From a virus: a DNA stretch of 64,000 nucleotides. The position numbers were made by a program, and so were the translations under genes. Each line of letters starts with the position of its first letter. Within the stretch, counting starts at the first letter, position 1. The notes below the pieces were generated by a model. That model saw only the letters and a program-made list of their open reading frames with translations, had not been told where the DNA came from and searched no databases. Below, piece by piece: positions 48,992 through 58,408 of the stretch. The stretch covers positions 6,723 to 70,722 of the IMG/VR virus record IMGVR_UViG_3300017917_002350. One strand, written 5' to 3'.

Positions 48992-50415
48992 AAGATTATA
49001 ATCTAGAAGTACAAAAATTGTTTTTAGAAATGATGTTGCAGGACGCAGAAACTTATGTGCGAGTGCAAAACATTTATAATGCAGAAAACTTTGATCGCAG
49101 TTTGCGAGAAGCAGCCCGCTTTATTAAAAAACACAGCGACGATTACAAAACATTACCTACCAGAGAACAGATACACGCCGCCACTGGTATCGAGTTACGA
49201 GAAGTGCCTGAATTAAAAGAAGGACATTACGATTGGTTCTTGCAAGAGTTTGAAAGTTTTAGTCGCAAGCAAGAACTAGAGCGAGCAATTCTTAAAGCAG
49301 CTGACATGATCGAACAAGGTGATTTTGATCCTGTAGAAAAACTAATTAAAGATGCTGTACAAATTAGTCTCACTAAAGACATGGGCACAGACTATTTTGC
49401 CGATCCGGCTGCTCGTATCAACAAGTACTTTAACAGTGGTGGGCAAGTAAGTACAGGCTGGCCCAGCCTTGACAAATTATTGTATGGTGGATTCAGCCGA
49501 GGTGAACTAAACATCTTTGCAGGCGGATCAGGATCTGGTAAAAGTTTGGTCATGATGAATATTGCTCTAAACTGGCTACAAACTGGATTGAACGGCGTTT
49601 ACATCACATTAGAACTTAGTGAAGAATTGACCAGTTTACGTACTGATGCCATGTTGTCTAACATGAGTACAAAAGATATTCGCAAAGACATTGATACAAC
49701 CACACTCAAGGTAAAGATGGTAGGCAAGAAAGCCGGAACCTATCAAGTAAAAGGCTTGCCTGCACAAAGCAATATCAATGACATACGTGCTTATCTTAAA
49801 GAATATCAAATACAAACTGGACGGCAAGTAGACTTTATCATGATTGATTACTTGGATCTATTGATGCCTGTTAGTGCCAAAGTTAGCCCCAATGACTTGT
49901 TTGTTAAAGACAAATACGTTAGCGAGGAACTGCGTAACCTGGCCAAGGAACTAGGGATGTTGATGGTAACAGCTTCGCAGTTGAATCGTAGTGCAGTAGA
50001 AGAAGTAGAATTTGACCACAGTCATATCAGTGGTGGTATTAGTAAGATTAATACAGCCGACAATGTGTTTGGTATTTTTACTTCCCGAGCCATGCGCGAG
50101 CGTGGACGCTATCAAATACAGTGTATGAAATCGCGTAGTAGTACAGGCGTAGGTATGAAAGTGGACCTAGAGTACAATATCGAAACCATGCGTATCACTG
50201 ATCCAGGACCCGATGCACAAAGTGAAAATGGGGGAATGGGCTTTAAGACCAGCAGCCAGATCATGGATCAAATCAAGACATCTGCTACAACTAGTTCGCC
50301 CATGATTGCTGCCAAACCTAAACCTGGATTTGATATAGAAAAATCTGTTCAAGCAAACGTAGACAGCACAAGGCTAAAGCAGATGCTTGCTAGTTTAAAA
50401 ACCAAAACAGATTAG
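48988..50415 (+). CDS. replicative DnaB/gp41-like helicase
   Basis: GGSGSGKS, ITLELSE, IDYLDL, TASQLNR, KSRSS. Confidence 0.92.
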   Translation: MKDYNLEVQKLFLEMMLQDAETYVRVQNIYNAENFDRSLREAARFIKKHSDDYKTLPTREQIHAATGIELREVPELKEGHYDWFLQEFESFSRKQELERAILKAADMIEQGDFDPVEKLIKDAVQISLTKDMGTDYFADPAARINKYFNSGGQVSTGWPSLDKLLYGGFSRGELNIFAGGSGSGKSLVMMNIALNWLQTGLNGVYITLELSEELTSLRTDAMLSNMSTKDIRKDIDTTTLKVKMVGKKAGTYQVKGLPAQSNINDIRAYLKEYQIQTGRQVDFIMIDYLDLLMPVSAKVSPNDLFVKDKYVSEELRNLAKELGMLMVTASQLNRSAVEEVEFDHSHISGGISKINTADNVFGIFTSRAMRERGRYQIQCMKSRSSTGVGMKVDLEYNIETMRITDPGPDAQSENGGMGFKTSSQIMDQIKTSATTSSPMIAAKPKPGFDIEKSVQANVDSTRLKQMLASLKTKTD

Positions 50416-50419
50416 TTTC

Positions 50420-51484
50420 ATGTCTAATAATTTTTGTAGATTTTTATCAAATGGACGCTCTATTCAAATTGAGAATAAGGAATTAGTGGTCAAACCTTGT
50501 TGTTGGTATAAATCAACAGGAATAAAAATTGATGATAATTTTGGAAAAAATTTTTCAACTGTTTCATCAATTTTAACTTGGACCAATGGTTGCAAAGTTT
50601 GTTATGATCAAGAACAAATTGGTCAAAAAAGTTTTCGACAGTCAAGTTTTGATATTATTTCAGATGCCAATGATAATTCTGTCATAGCATTAGATATCAA
50701 TATTGATAAAACTTGCAATGCAGCATGCGTCATGTGCGGACCAAATGAAAGCACTTATTGGTCAAAGCAGTTACTCAAACACAAAAAAATCAAAACAGAT
50801 CTAGGGGTAAATGTAAACAGTTATATCAGTTTCATTCTAAAGAATTTTGATTTATCAAACTTGCGTAGAATAAAGTTTTTTGGCGGAGAACCATTACTAA
50901 CAGACACTCATGTTCAGTTTTTAAAAGCAATTCCTTATCCAAACAATGTTGATATATGGTATACTTCAAATGCAAGTGTCATGCCCAATAATGAGACACT
51001 TGATATATGGAGCAAATTCCATTTGGTTTATTTTGAGTCCAGTATTGATGGTATTGGTGCACAATTTGATTACATAAGATGGCCATTAAAATGGAAAAAA
51101 GTAGAAACAAATTTATTACAATTAAAAGAAATATGTCCAGTAAATGTGTTATTTAGAATCAATCACACATTAAATCCATTTAATATATTTTATTATGACA
51201 GGTTAGAAAATTGGATCACAAACAATTTAATTACCAATAGACTGGGGGATGAAACCGAAGTGAATGTTCATCCATGTTGGGGCGCATGGGGACTAGAAAA
51301 AACTCCTGTGACATTAAGAAATGAAATCAAGAAAAAATATAAAAAACATTTAATAATTGATATGATTTCTTCTTTACCAGAAGACAATAGCAATTCAATT
51401 TTAGACTTTGTAACTACTTGGGATCCAATTAGACAAACTGATTGGAAAGCAATATTTCCTGAGATTGTAGACCATTTTCGCTAA
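50420..51484 (+). CDS. radical SAM protein (twitch-type N-terminus)
   Basis: KPCC..CKVC..E; CNAACVMC; FFGGEPLL; SIDG..YIRWP. Confidence 0.82.
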   Translation: MSNNFCRFLSNGRSIQIENKELVVKPCCWYKSTGIKIDDNFGKNFSTVSSILTWTNGCKVCYDQEQIGQKSFRQSSFDIISDANDNSVIALDINIDKTCNAACVMCGPNESTYWSKQLLKHKKIKTDLGVNVNSYISFILKNFDLSNLRRIKFFGGEPLLTDTHVQFLKAIPYPNNVDIWYTSNASVMPNNETLDIWSKFHLVYFESSIDGIGAQFDYIRWPLKWKKVETNLLQLKEICPVNVLFRINHTLNPFNIFYYDRLENWITNNLITNRLGDETEVNVHPCWGAWGLEKTPVTLRNEIKKKYKKHLIIDMISSLPEDNSNSILDFVTTWDPIRQTDWKAIFPEIVDHFR

Positions 51485-52505
51485 TAATTTTGTGCATATC
51501 GGGCATAAAATCCTTAATTGAAATTTTTTTAAGCTGGTCTTGGAACCTAATTTCTTGTGCAAATAACAGAAAATTTTTATCATCAATTGATGAATGAGGC
51601 CGTAGTAATGATCTAGCTGCGCTAGAAAAATTGTCTTTCACATGGTTAGGTAAAGAATTTATATTAAAATATGAAGGATAAGATACTAAGTTATGATTAA
51701 AGGAAAGGCCTTCTTTATTAAACCATTCAATTGTTTCCTCATAATATAGTAAGTTCAAATTACTTATGGTGTAGCTCACACTTATGTCAATTCTGTTTTT
51801 CCTAAAAATATCAATATTTTTTAGTAAAGTTTCCCATTTTAGTGGAAATCTAATATATTCAAATTTTTCTTTGATTCCATCTATACTAATACAAATGTTT
51901 AAATTTTTGAAACTTTTCAGTGTATCAATTTGATTATCAGTTAGATGCACAGATCCATTGGTATTCAAAGACACAAAGCAGTCTGAATTTCCTTTAGATA
52001 GCAAATTTTGTAAAATGCCAAAGTTTCTTTTTTCGTATAAAGGTTCTCCACCCACAAATGTCAACATTTTTATGTTGGAATAATCTAATCGGTCAAATGG
52101 TGTGTTGGTGATTTTTAATTTTTTATTTTGTGCATTTGTTAGCGATGCCCATGCTGAACTATGATTTGAGTTGCAGGTTGCACAAGTAGCGTTACATAAA
52201 TTTGAAGTATATAATTTTACAATTTGCGTTGAATAATTACCTTTTTTGCAGTCTTGTTGAATTACTTTGATATCTTTATTGGCGTAAAAATCAAAAGCTT
52301 CGTTTTTAAGTTGTCGATCACTTTTTTTACCTCGCTCTTCTATATTCCAACAAACACTACATTCAACAGGTCTAATCCCATTGAGCATTTGCTGTTTAAT
52401 ATTTTCAACATTAAAAGGGTTTTTTATCAAACAACAAGGGCTTGTTTTATTAGAATTTTGTGAAACTTCCAACCCATAAAAAGGTAATACGCAAAAACTG
52501 TCCAT
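51429..52505 (-). CDS. radical SAM protein (twitch-type N-terminus)
   Basis: FCVLPF..PCC..CSVCW..E; CNATCATC; GGEPL; SIDG..YIRFP. Confidence 0.82.
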   Translation of the reverse strand: MDSFCVLPFYGLEVSQNSNKTSPCCLIKNPFNVENIKQQMLNGIRPVECSVCWNIEERGKKSDRQLKNEAFDFYANKDIKVIQQDCKKGNYSTQIVKLYTSNLCNATCATCNSNHSSAWASLTNAQNKKLKITNTPFDRLDYSNIKMLTFVGGEPLYEKRNFGILQNLLSKGNSDCFVSLNTNGSVHLTDNQIDTLKSFKNLNICISIDGIKEKFEYIRFPLKWETLLKNIDIFRKNRIDISVSYTISNLNLLYYEETIEWFNKEGLSFNHNLVSYPSYFNINSLPNHVKDNFSSAARSLLRPHSSIDDKNFLLFAQEIRFQDQLKKISIKDFMPDMHKIISENGLQSQEILLSNQFV

Positions 52506-52578
52506 ATTTTATTTAACTTGAATTTTTTGACATTTACATTTATAATATTGTAATAAATATCTAATAATGGAGTAGATT

Positions 52579-52827
52579 TTGCAAAAACGTACTCGTAGTA
52601 TTCTTGATGAACTAGCCCATATGCCTGTCAATAAAGACAGGGAAAATCTTGTTGAAAGCCGTGCTGGACATGTGATACAAGGCGCCATCAATTTGATCAA
52701 TTACATCAAAGAAAACTATGATACTGAGCAAGCAGCCGAATTGGAACGCAGATTGCTAAACAGCATACGGGCACAAGATCCTGCTAAATTTGCTCGCGGA
52801 GTTAGGAGATTTAGGCGTGAAGATTAA
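52579..52827 (+). CDS. late hypothetical protein
   Basis: TAAATA at ~52554, GGAG SD, TTG start. Confidence 0.65.
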   Translation: MQKRTRSILDELAHMPVNKDRENLVESRAGHVIQGAINLINYIKENYDTEQAAELERRLLNSIRAQDPAKFARGVRRFRRED

Positions 52828-53284
52828 AGATATTATCAATGAAGTAGGGTTTTGGTCTGGATTTAAACAGGGTATATTACCTAGTACTATATCTAAAACC
52901 ATGCAAACCTTGAGGCAAACAAAAAGACCTTTAAAAGCGAAAGAACGAACAGAATTAGAACCTGAATATCTTGAGCTTGCCAAGGCCGCTCATAAAACAT
53001 ACGGTGATAATCCACAAGAACCAGAGATACCAGGTCCTTTAGGTTGGCTTACTGATGAACAGCGAAAAGCAGCAGCAAAAAAATCATCACCAACACCTGC
53101 TCCCACTAGCCCACCAATTACACACCCTGATGTTAGCGTTACCAGTTCATATCCATTAAGATTACGATACAAAAGTGGGGATTATGTGCTGGACCCTACA
53201 ACTAATCAATGGAGAACTGTTACAGGAAAACGAGTAGCACCAGAATTGGCGTCGTTCTTACAGTTTCAGGCCAATAAACTATGA
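52817..53284 (+). CDS. late hypothetical protein with KIKDIINE leader
   Basis: GTG start overlapping the upstream gene; Pro-rich linker. Confidence 0.55.
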   Translation: MKIKDIINEVGFWSGFKQGILPSTISKTMQTLRQTKRPLKAKERTELEPEYLELAKAAHKTYGDNPQEPEIPGPLGWLTDEQRKAAAKKSSPTPAPTSPPITHPDVSVTSSYPLRLRYKSGDYVLDPTTNQWRTVTGKRVAPELASFLQFQANKL

Positions 53285-54120
53285 TGCAATTAAATGAAGG
53301 TGGTAATGTTTTTAAGGCAGCCGATAAAACTCCACTAACACAACGCATACCAACTAATCAAATACCTGACACTGTGGCATGGTTAGAACAAATTACTGCG
53401 TTGGATTTTACTCTAGACAAAGACGATGCTGGAGTACCTATAAAATGGTTGGGCACAACAGGACGTAAAAAAGGCACAGATTCTGAGCCTGGTTCTTCCG
53501 GCGATCTTGACTTGTCTGTAGAAGAAACTGTAGTAAGTAAAGACACACTAATTGCACGACTGGCGGCCTGGTGCAGACAGCAAGGAATTCCTGATGAACA
53601 AATAATAAACACTGCCAAGGATAAAACTCGCTGGATAGAAAAAACTGGAGACAGTGTGCATTTTCGAACTCCTATAGCAGGTGACAGCAAAAATGGATTT
53701 GCACAAACAGACTTTATGTTTACCGCAGATCCAAAATTTCAACAATTTTCAATGCGCGGCGGTAGAGAAGGAAGTCCATTGGTAGGAATGAGCCGACATG
53801 TTATATTGGCAAGTATTGTAAGTGCCTTAAATTCTAATTTAAAATGGAGTTACAAAAACGGTTTAGTTGATAGAATCAGCAATACCACAATTGAAAATGG
53901 TAAGAATCCTACAACCCTTAGTCAAGTAACTGGAATACCAGTTGCCAAATTAAATAACGCAGATGATATCATTGAGTTCATTAGTAAGCGGCCCGATTAC
54001 AATCAAATAATAGCAGCCGCAAGAGAAACACTTGCTAAAAGCGATATACAATTACCTGAAGCAGCACCTACACCGGGAACCGCGGCCTGGTTTAGAACAT
54101 ACACAGACAAGTTGGCCTAA
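53281..54120 (+). CDS. Pol-beta-superfamily nucleotidyltransferase-like protein
   Basis: LGTTG..SSGDLDLSV (hG[ST]..DhD) and QTDFM third Asp; LNEGG leader. Confidence 0.6.
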   Translation: MMQLNEGGNVFKAADKTPLTQRIPTNQIPDTVAWLEQITALDFTLDKDDAGVPIKWLGTTGRKKGTDSEPGSSGDLDLSVEETVVSKDTLIARLAAWCRQQGIPDEQIINTAKDKTRWIEKTGDSVHFRTPIAGDSKNGFAQTDFMFTADPKFQQFSMRGGREGSPLVGMSRHVILASIVSALNSNLKWSYKNGLVDRISNTTIENGKNPTTLSQVTGIPVAKLNNADDIIEFISKRPDYNQIIAAARETLAKSDIQLPEAAPTPGTAAWFRTYTDKLA

Positions 54121-55214
54121 TGTTATTAGAATTTATTACCACTCTAACCGAAGGTATTCGCACTCCACATCCAGAGGATTTTATTCTCAACGGTAGTCAG
54201 GCCGCCAATGATGCTATAGATGGTATGTTGTCTGCTATATCAAACCCTGCATTGGTCAGCATTAAATGGGACGGCAGTCCTGCTATTATTTTTGGCCGCA
54301 GACCTGCAGATGGTTTGTTTACCATGAACTACAAAGAATATATAGGAATGCCGGGCGGGCAGGTTACTAGTTCCCAAGACCTGCTAAACTTTTTTGCACA
54401 AAATCAAAAAAACATGGATGTGGGTCAAAAACTTGCTGCTATGTTTGATAGTGTGGCATCAATAGTGCCTAGTGGCTTTAAAGGATTTGTGCAAGGTGAT
54501 GTAATGTGGACTGCTCCTGTACCAGAAGAGCAGAGCTATTTTGTTTTTCAAGCCAATCCCTATGGAGTAACTTATCGTGTTCGAGCTAATAGTGCTGTTG
54601 GCAAAGAAATTAAAGGGAGACCATTTGGCCTGGCAGTGCATACATATGGAACTGACGTTGCTAAGACAACCAAAGGCACTGAATTACAAGATAAAACATC
54701 ATTGCAAGGTTTAGGTGGACTTGGTGGCACAAATCAAAACATTACAGTTTTCACAGGCGACATGGGAACTAAATTCCGACTCAAAGAGCCAGTACAACAA
54801 ACAAAAGCAGCTAGAGCTGCTGTGCAAAATTTTGCATCATTTAACGGTGATGCGTTCTTGGGTAGTCTTACACAGTCTACAGTGTCTAAACTACAAACTT
54901 ATTATAATAGGAAATACACGGGACAGGCAGTTGATGCTAATTGGTTACAAAATAATTTGACAGGGCCGCAATTTAAATTGGTTGCGGCTGAGGAAAATAG
55001 ACCAATTATGGAGGCTATGGACCGCGCATATGTTGCAATTTACAATCTAAAATTGGCTATTTTACAACAACTAGAACCCCAAGTTGGTGGAGTGGAGCAA
55101 TATGTGGGAGATGTACCCAAAGGCGAAGGGTTTGTAATAAACACACCTAGTGGATTTATCAAATTGGTAAATCGTGGCGTATTTTCCACAGCTAATGTGC
55201 AAGGAAGACTGTAG
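54120..55214 (+). CDS. ATP-dependent ligase-like (covalent nucleotidyltransferase) protein
   Basis: SIKWDGSP (motif I KxDG), VQGD (III), GEGFVI (IV), IKLVNR (V). Confidence 0.6.
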   Translation: MLLEFITTLTEGIRTPHPEDFILNGSQAANDAIDGMLSAISNPALVSIKWDGSPAIIFGRRPADGLFTMNYKEYIGMPGGQVTSSQDLLNFFAQNQKNMDVGQKLAAMFDSVASIVPSGFKGFVQGDVMWTAPVPEEQSYFVFQANPYGVTYRVRANSAVGKEIKGRPFGLAVHTYGTDVAKTTKGTELQDKTSLQGLGGLGGTNQNITVFTGDMGTKFRLKEPVQQTKAARAAVQNFASFNGDAFLGSLTQSTVSKLQTYYNRKYTGQAVDANWLQNNLTGPQFKLVAAEENRPIMEAMDRAYVAIYNLKLAILQQLEPQVGGVEQYVGDVPKGEGFVINTPSGFIKLVNRGVFSTANVQGRL

Positions 55215-55276
55215 TTTTTAGTAATTTGGTATAAATATGTTTATGCGGTAAACGCAAACGTTTAAGGAGAAATAAA

Positions 55277-55726
55277 ATGGCAATCGGAGTTACAAGAGTA
55301 AGCGGCGATACACAAGTCGTAAACAACGTTGGTGATAGCTACACCAAAAATGCAAATGCACAAATTATCAACACTGGTATCAACAGTCCAATCCAGGCCT
55401 ACAAAATCACCACACTAGGTGCTACAGCTAATCTAGCAAATGAATTAAAAGGCCCAAGTGGTGCTGGTCTTGATCCAGCAGTTACAACATTGTTAAAAAC
55501 AATCAGTGCAAATGCTACAATTTTAGCATATCAAGTTGATGCACAAGGTTCAACAGCTCAATTGAGCGTTATTACTGAGCGTAGCGGTTGGACAGCGGCT
55601 GATATGCAAACTGTTATTCGTACATTGAGCCACGACGGCACTCCAGGTGCAAACATTGGCGCATATGGTAACGTATTCCCTGCACTAGCAGCAGTTACAA
55701 CTACAAGCGGCATCAAAATCGCCTAA
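55277..55726 (+). CDS. late virion structural protein (paralog 1)
   Basis: TATAAATA promoter, TAAGGAG SD, own terminator; Ala/Thr-rich. Confidence 0.7.
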   Translation: MAIGVTRVSGDTQVVNNVGDSYTKNANAQIINTGINSPIQAYKITTLGATANLANELKGPSGAGLDPAVTTLLKTISANATILAYQVDAQGSTAQLSVITERSGWTAADMQTVIRTLSHDGTPGANIGAYGNVFPALAAVTTTSGIKIA

Positions 55727-55740
55727 TAGGTTTGGTAACA

Positions 55741-55768
55741 AAAAAAAGCAGCTTCGGCTGCTTTTTTT
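55741..55768 (+). terminator. Rho-independent terminator (bidirectional)
   Basis: AAAAGCAGC-TTCG-GCTGCTTTTT. Confidence 0.9.
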
Positions 55769-55818
55769 ACGACCGCCATAAATATTATTAGCGAAAGCAA
55801 AATTTTAGGAGAAACAAA

Positions 55819-56184
55819 ATGGCAATAGGAATTGATCGTAGCGCAGGCTACAACTATGCAGGTTTAACTGGCGTGCTAAACGGTATCCAATATACCGAAG
55901 TAGGTCAAAGTGTAGTATTTTATATCGTTGCAGCTGGTGTAAATCTTTCAGCCGAAGATGACGCAGCCAACGAAGCATTTGAAGCAATTATTCAAGTATT
56001 CCCACCAGTACTGGCATACTATGCACATCCAACATCAGGTGCTATCAGTCTATGTTGCGATGGGGTGAATGCTCCAGATGCAAGTGTTTTACAAACAGCT
56101 ATTCAGGCTATTGGAACTCGTAAAGGTTCGGTGAACTTAGGAAGTGCAACTGTTACCAATGGTACTAGTTTTGTAGTAGCTTAA
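55819..56184 (+). CDS. late virion structural protein (paralog 2)
   Basis: CATAAATA promoter, TAGGAG SD, MAIG start as in paralog 1. Confidence 0.7.
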   Translation: MAIGIDRSAGYNYAGLTGVLNGIQYTEVGQSVVFYIVAAGVNLSAEDDAANEAFEAIIQVFPPVLAYYAHPTSGAISLCCDGVNAPDASVLQTAIQAIGTRKGSVNLGSATVTNGTSFVVA

Positions 56185-56205
56185 ATTTAGTAAAATACAA
56201 ACATG

Positions 56206-56232
56206 AAGGCAGAACCAAGTTCTGCCTTTTTT
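56206..56232 (+). terminator. Rho-independent terminator
   Basis: AAGGCAGAAC-CAA-GTTCTGCCTT followed by a T-run. Confidence 0.85.
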
Positions 56233-56250
56233 ATGGTTATAAATACCTAT

Positions 56251-56685
56251 ATGTACTTTTATACCGGTGTCACTCTAGTTGATATTACAGCCACAGGAAT
56301 TATTAGGCATACTGCTGCTGACGAAATACAAAGAAATCAACAGCGCAATTGGGAAACAGTTCTGCAATGTATCGGAATAAAGGCACAACCACAACTGATA
56401 GAAGGACCATACTGCAAAACTGTGATGATAGACGAAACAACTATTTTTCCTGAAATTTATCATGGCGAACAACGATGTTGGATTTTTAGTTTTGGAGTCG
56501 AATATGAGGATGTTTTCCTAGTAGGTGATGATCATGTTGCAGGCCTAGATGAAGCATTTGCCAAAGTTCCTATCATATGTGGTTTAGAAGAAACTGCTAG
56601 ATTTATGTTACCAATTTTTTATCCTTTTGGAGCAATAAAAAATATATGCTTTATGAAAGGTCGAATCAACTTAAATACTGTCTAA
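56251..56685 (+). CDS. late hypothetical protein
   Basis: TAAATA 56240-56245; TLVDITATG..RNQQRNWET..PII.GL.ET. Confidence 0.7.
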   Translation: MYFYTGVTLVDITATGIIRHTAADEIQRNQQRNWETVLQCIGIKAQPQLIEGPYCKTVMIDETTIFPEIYHGEQRCWIFSFGVEYEDVFLVGDDHVAGLDEAFAKVPIICGLEETARFMLPIFYPFGAIKNICFMKGRINLNTV

Positions 56686-56768
56686 ACACAGGCATATCCA
56701 AGGCAATTTATTATGGCTCACAATCTAGGCAACATCACAGAACCCTCTATTTTTTATGAAAGAACGAT

Positions 56769-57035
56769 ATGGCAGCAAGCGAAAGAGCCAGCCTTGAAGC
56801 GCACGTGGATTTATGCGCCGAAAGATACAAGGCATTGGAAGACAAATTAGATAAATTAGAACAGCGTATGACCAATATGGAAGAACATATTATAATCATT
56901 CGCACGAAACTATCGGAATCAGCTGCTGAAGCTACTCAAAAAAGTAGCGGGCAATTGATTACCATTGGCACTGCATTTGGCGTAGCAATGTTAACAGGTT
57001 TAATAATGGTTCTTGTGCAACTCATTCTAAAATAA
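56769..57035 (+). CDS. coiled-coil protein with C-terminal TM helix (holin/XhlA-like architecture)
   Basis: LEAHVDLCAERY coiled coil plus a hydrophobic C-terminal helix. Confidence 0.55.
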   Translation: MAASERASLEAHVDLCAERYKALEDKLDKLEQRMTNMEEHIIIIRTKLSESAAEATQKSSGQLITIGTAFGVAMLTGLIMVLVQLILK

Positions 57036-57037
57036 AA

Positions 57038-57244
57038 ATGAAAATAGTAGAACTTGTAAATAAAATAAGAATACCAATTACTAACGAAGAAGCCGATATA
57101 CTTGGTCGTTTTGATAATAATCAAAAAATCTTTAAAGAAAATTTGTCTCCAAGACAAATAGTTGTAGCAAATCATTTAGTAAATAAAGATGTATTATTTA
57201 GAAAAAACGAAGATGGCAAAATCTATTACAAACAAAAAAAATGA
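57038..57244 (+). CDS. small hypothetical protein
   Basis: 68 aa; MKIVEL leader. Confidence 0.6.
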   Translation: MKIVELVNKIRIPITNEEADILGRFDNNQKIFKENLSPRQIVVANHLVNKDVLFRKNEDGKIYYKQKK

Positions 57245-57728
57245 ACTTTTTAAGGCACAACAAATATTTGCTAATATAGGCACAAAGTACATTAAAGAAT
57301 GGACAGATAAACAGCTCAAAAATTATATAAACGACCCCGTGGTTATCCAAGTAGGAAATCACGGGTTTTTAGTGGGTCCTTATAAAGTACAAGGCACAGA
57401 TAGTAATTGTTGGAATGTAGAACAACAAGATGGTAAATTGTTGCACAGCTTTGTATCCAAAAGTAATGCAATACTGTTCTGTCTTAGATCTATGACAAAT
57501 TATGCCGCAGCATCAGAATTATTAGAACTAGATAGACAATTAGGCAAACTTGAGCAAGATATTGCCTATTATGAACACACAATCAAACACACAAAAAATG
57601 ATTTCAAAGTACAAATAGCATTAAATAGATGCGCAGATGCAAAAATGCAACGCCGATCAGTATACAAGATTTTGAAAAAAACTTTAATTTCGGCTAAATA
57701 CTTAAAATTTGGGAATATACCACTATGA
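57213..57728 (+). CDS. hypothetical protein
   Basis: ORF overlapping neighbours; start uncertain. Confidence 0.6.
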   Translation: MAKSITNKKNELFKAQQIFANIGTKYIKEWTDKQLKNYINDPVVIQVGNHGFLVGPYKVQGTDSNCWNVEQQDGKLLHSFVSKSNAILFCLRSMTNYAAASELLELDRQLGKLEQDIAYYEHTIKHTKNDFKVQIALNRCADAKMQRRSVYKILKKTLISAKYLKFGNIPL

Positions 57729-58408
57729 GATTAACTGAAATGGGCGTCAAGCCATCCGCTAAAAAAATTAATAAAGTCATGGAAAGCCGCTTTGGGTTTA
57801 AGATTGATTATGATAATTTAAGCTTTCCAAAAGCTTATGTGTTAGCTAAAGAACTTACAGAAAGTTTAAATAACATCAAAAACAGTCACGGGGTTCATGT
57901 AGCAGAAAAAAATCCAAAATACATGGAGCTGCTTATGATCCGAGAAGGCCTACACCGCTGGATGATTGAGAATAAACAACAACTTATCCTGGAAAGCGAA
58001 ATGGGCAAGAGCCAAGCTATTCTAGCTGCCAAAGACATGGTTGACAGCATCCAGGACATGTTAGAAGAAGTTAGCAAAATGCAAAACGAGCAAATGCCTG
58101 CACTGTTAGACACTATCCGTGACCAAATTGGTATGGAACAAGCTGATGCCTTTAAGGCAGCAGTTGAACCTTTGCTGGCCAATATGTCTCAACAGTTGAG
58201 CTCAGCAAGAGGTACAGCAGATACCGCAGCTAGAGCGTTAGCCGGCGAACAAGTGGCACAACCAATGGGTATGGGTATGGGCCTGGGGGCAACACCTGGT
58301 GCAATGCCTCCTCCGGACATGTCAAGTGACGTGGATATAGAAACCGATAGCTTTGCAGCGACAGATGCAGCGACAGGTCCTAATGAGGTAGGCAGAGAGA
58401 AACGCTAA
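57725..58408 (+). CDS. late hypothetical protein (possible head-associated/scaffold-like)
   Basis: TAAATA at ~57696; MRLTE and ILESE motifs; acidic Pro/Met tail ending GREKR. Confidence 0.65.
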   Translation: MRLTEMGVKPSAKKINKVMESRFGFKIDYDNLSFPKAYVLAKELTESLNNIKNSHGVHVAEKNPKYMELLMIREGLHRWMIENKQQLILESEMGKSQAILAAKDMVDSIQDMLEEVSKMQNEQMPALLDTIRDQIGMEQADAFKAAVEPLLANMSQQLSSARGTADTAARALAGEQVAQPMGMGMGLGATPGAMPPPDMSSDVDIETDSFAATDAATGPNEVGREKR

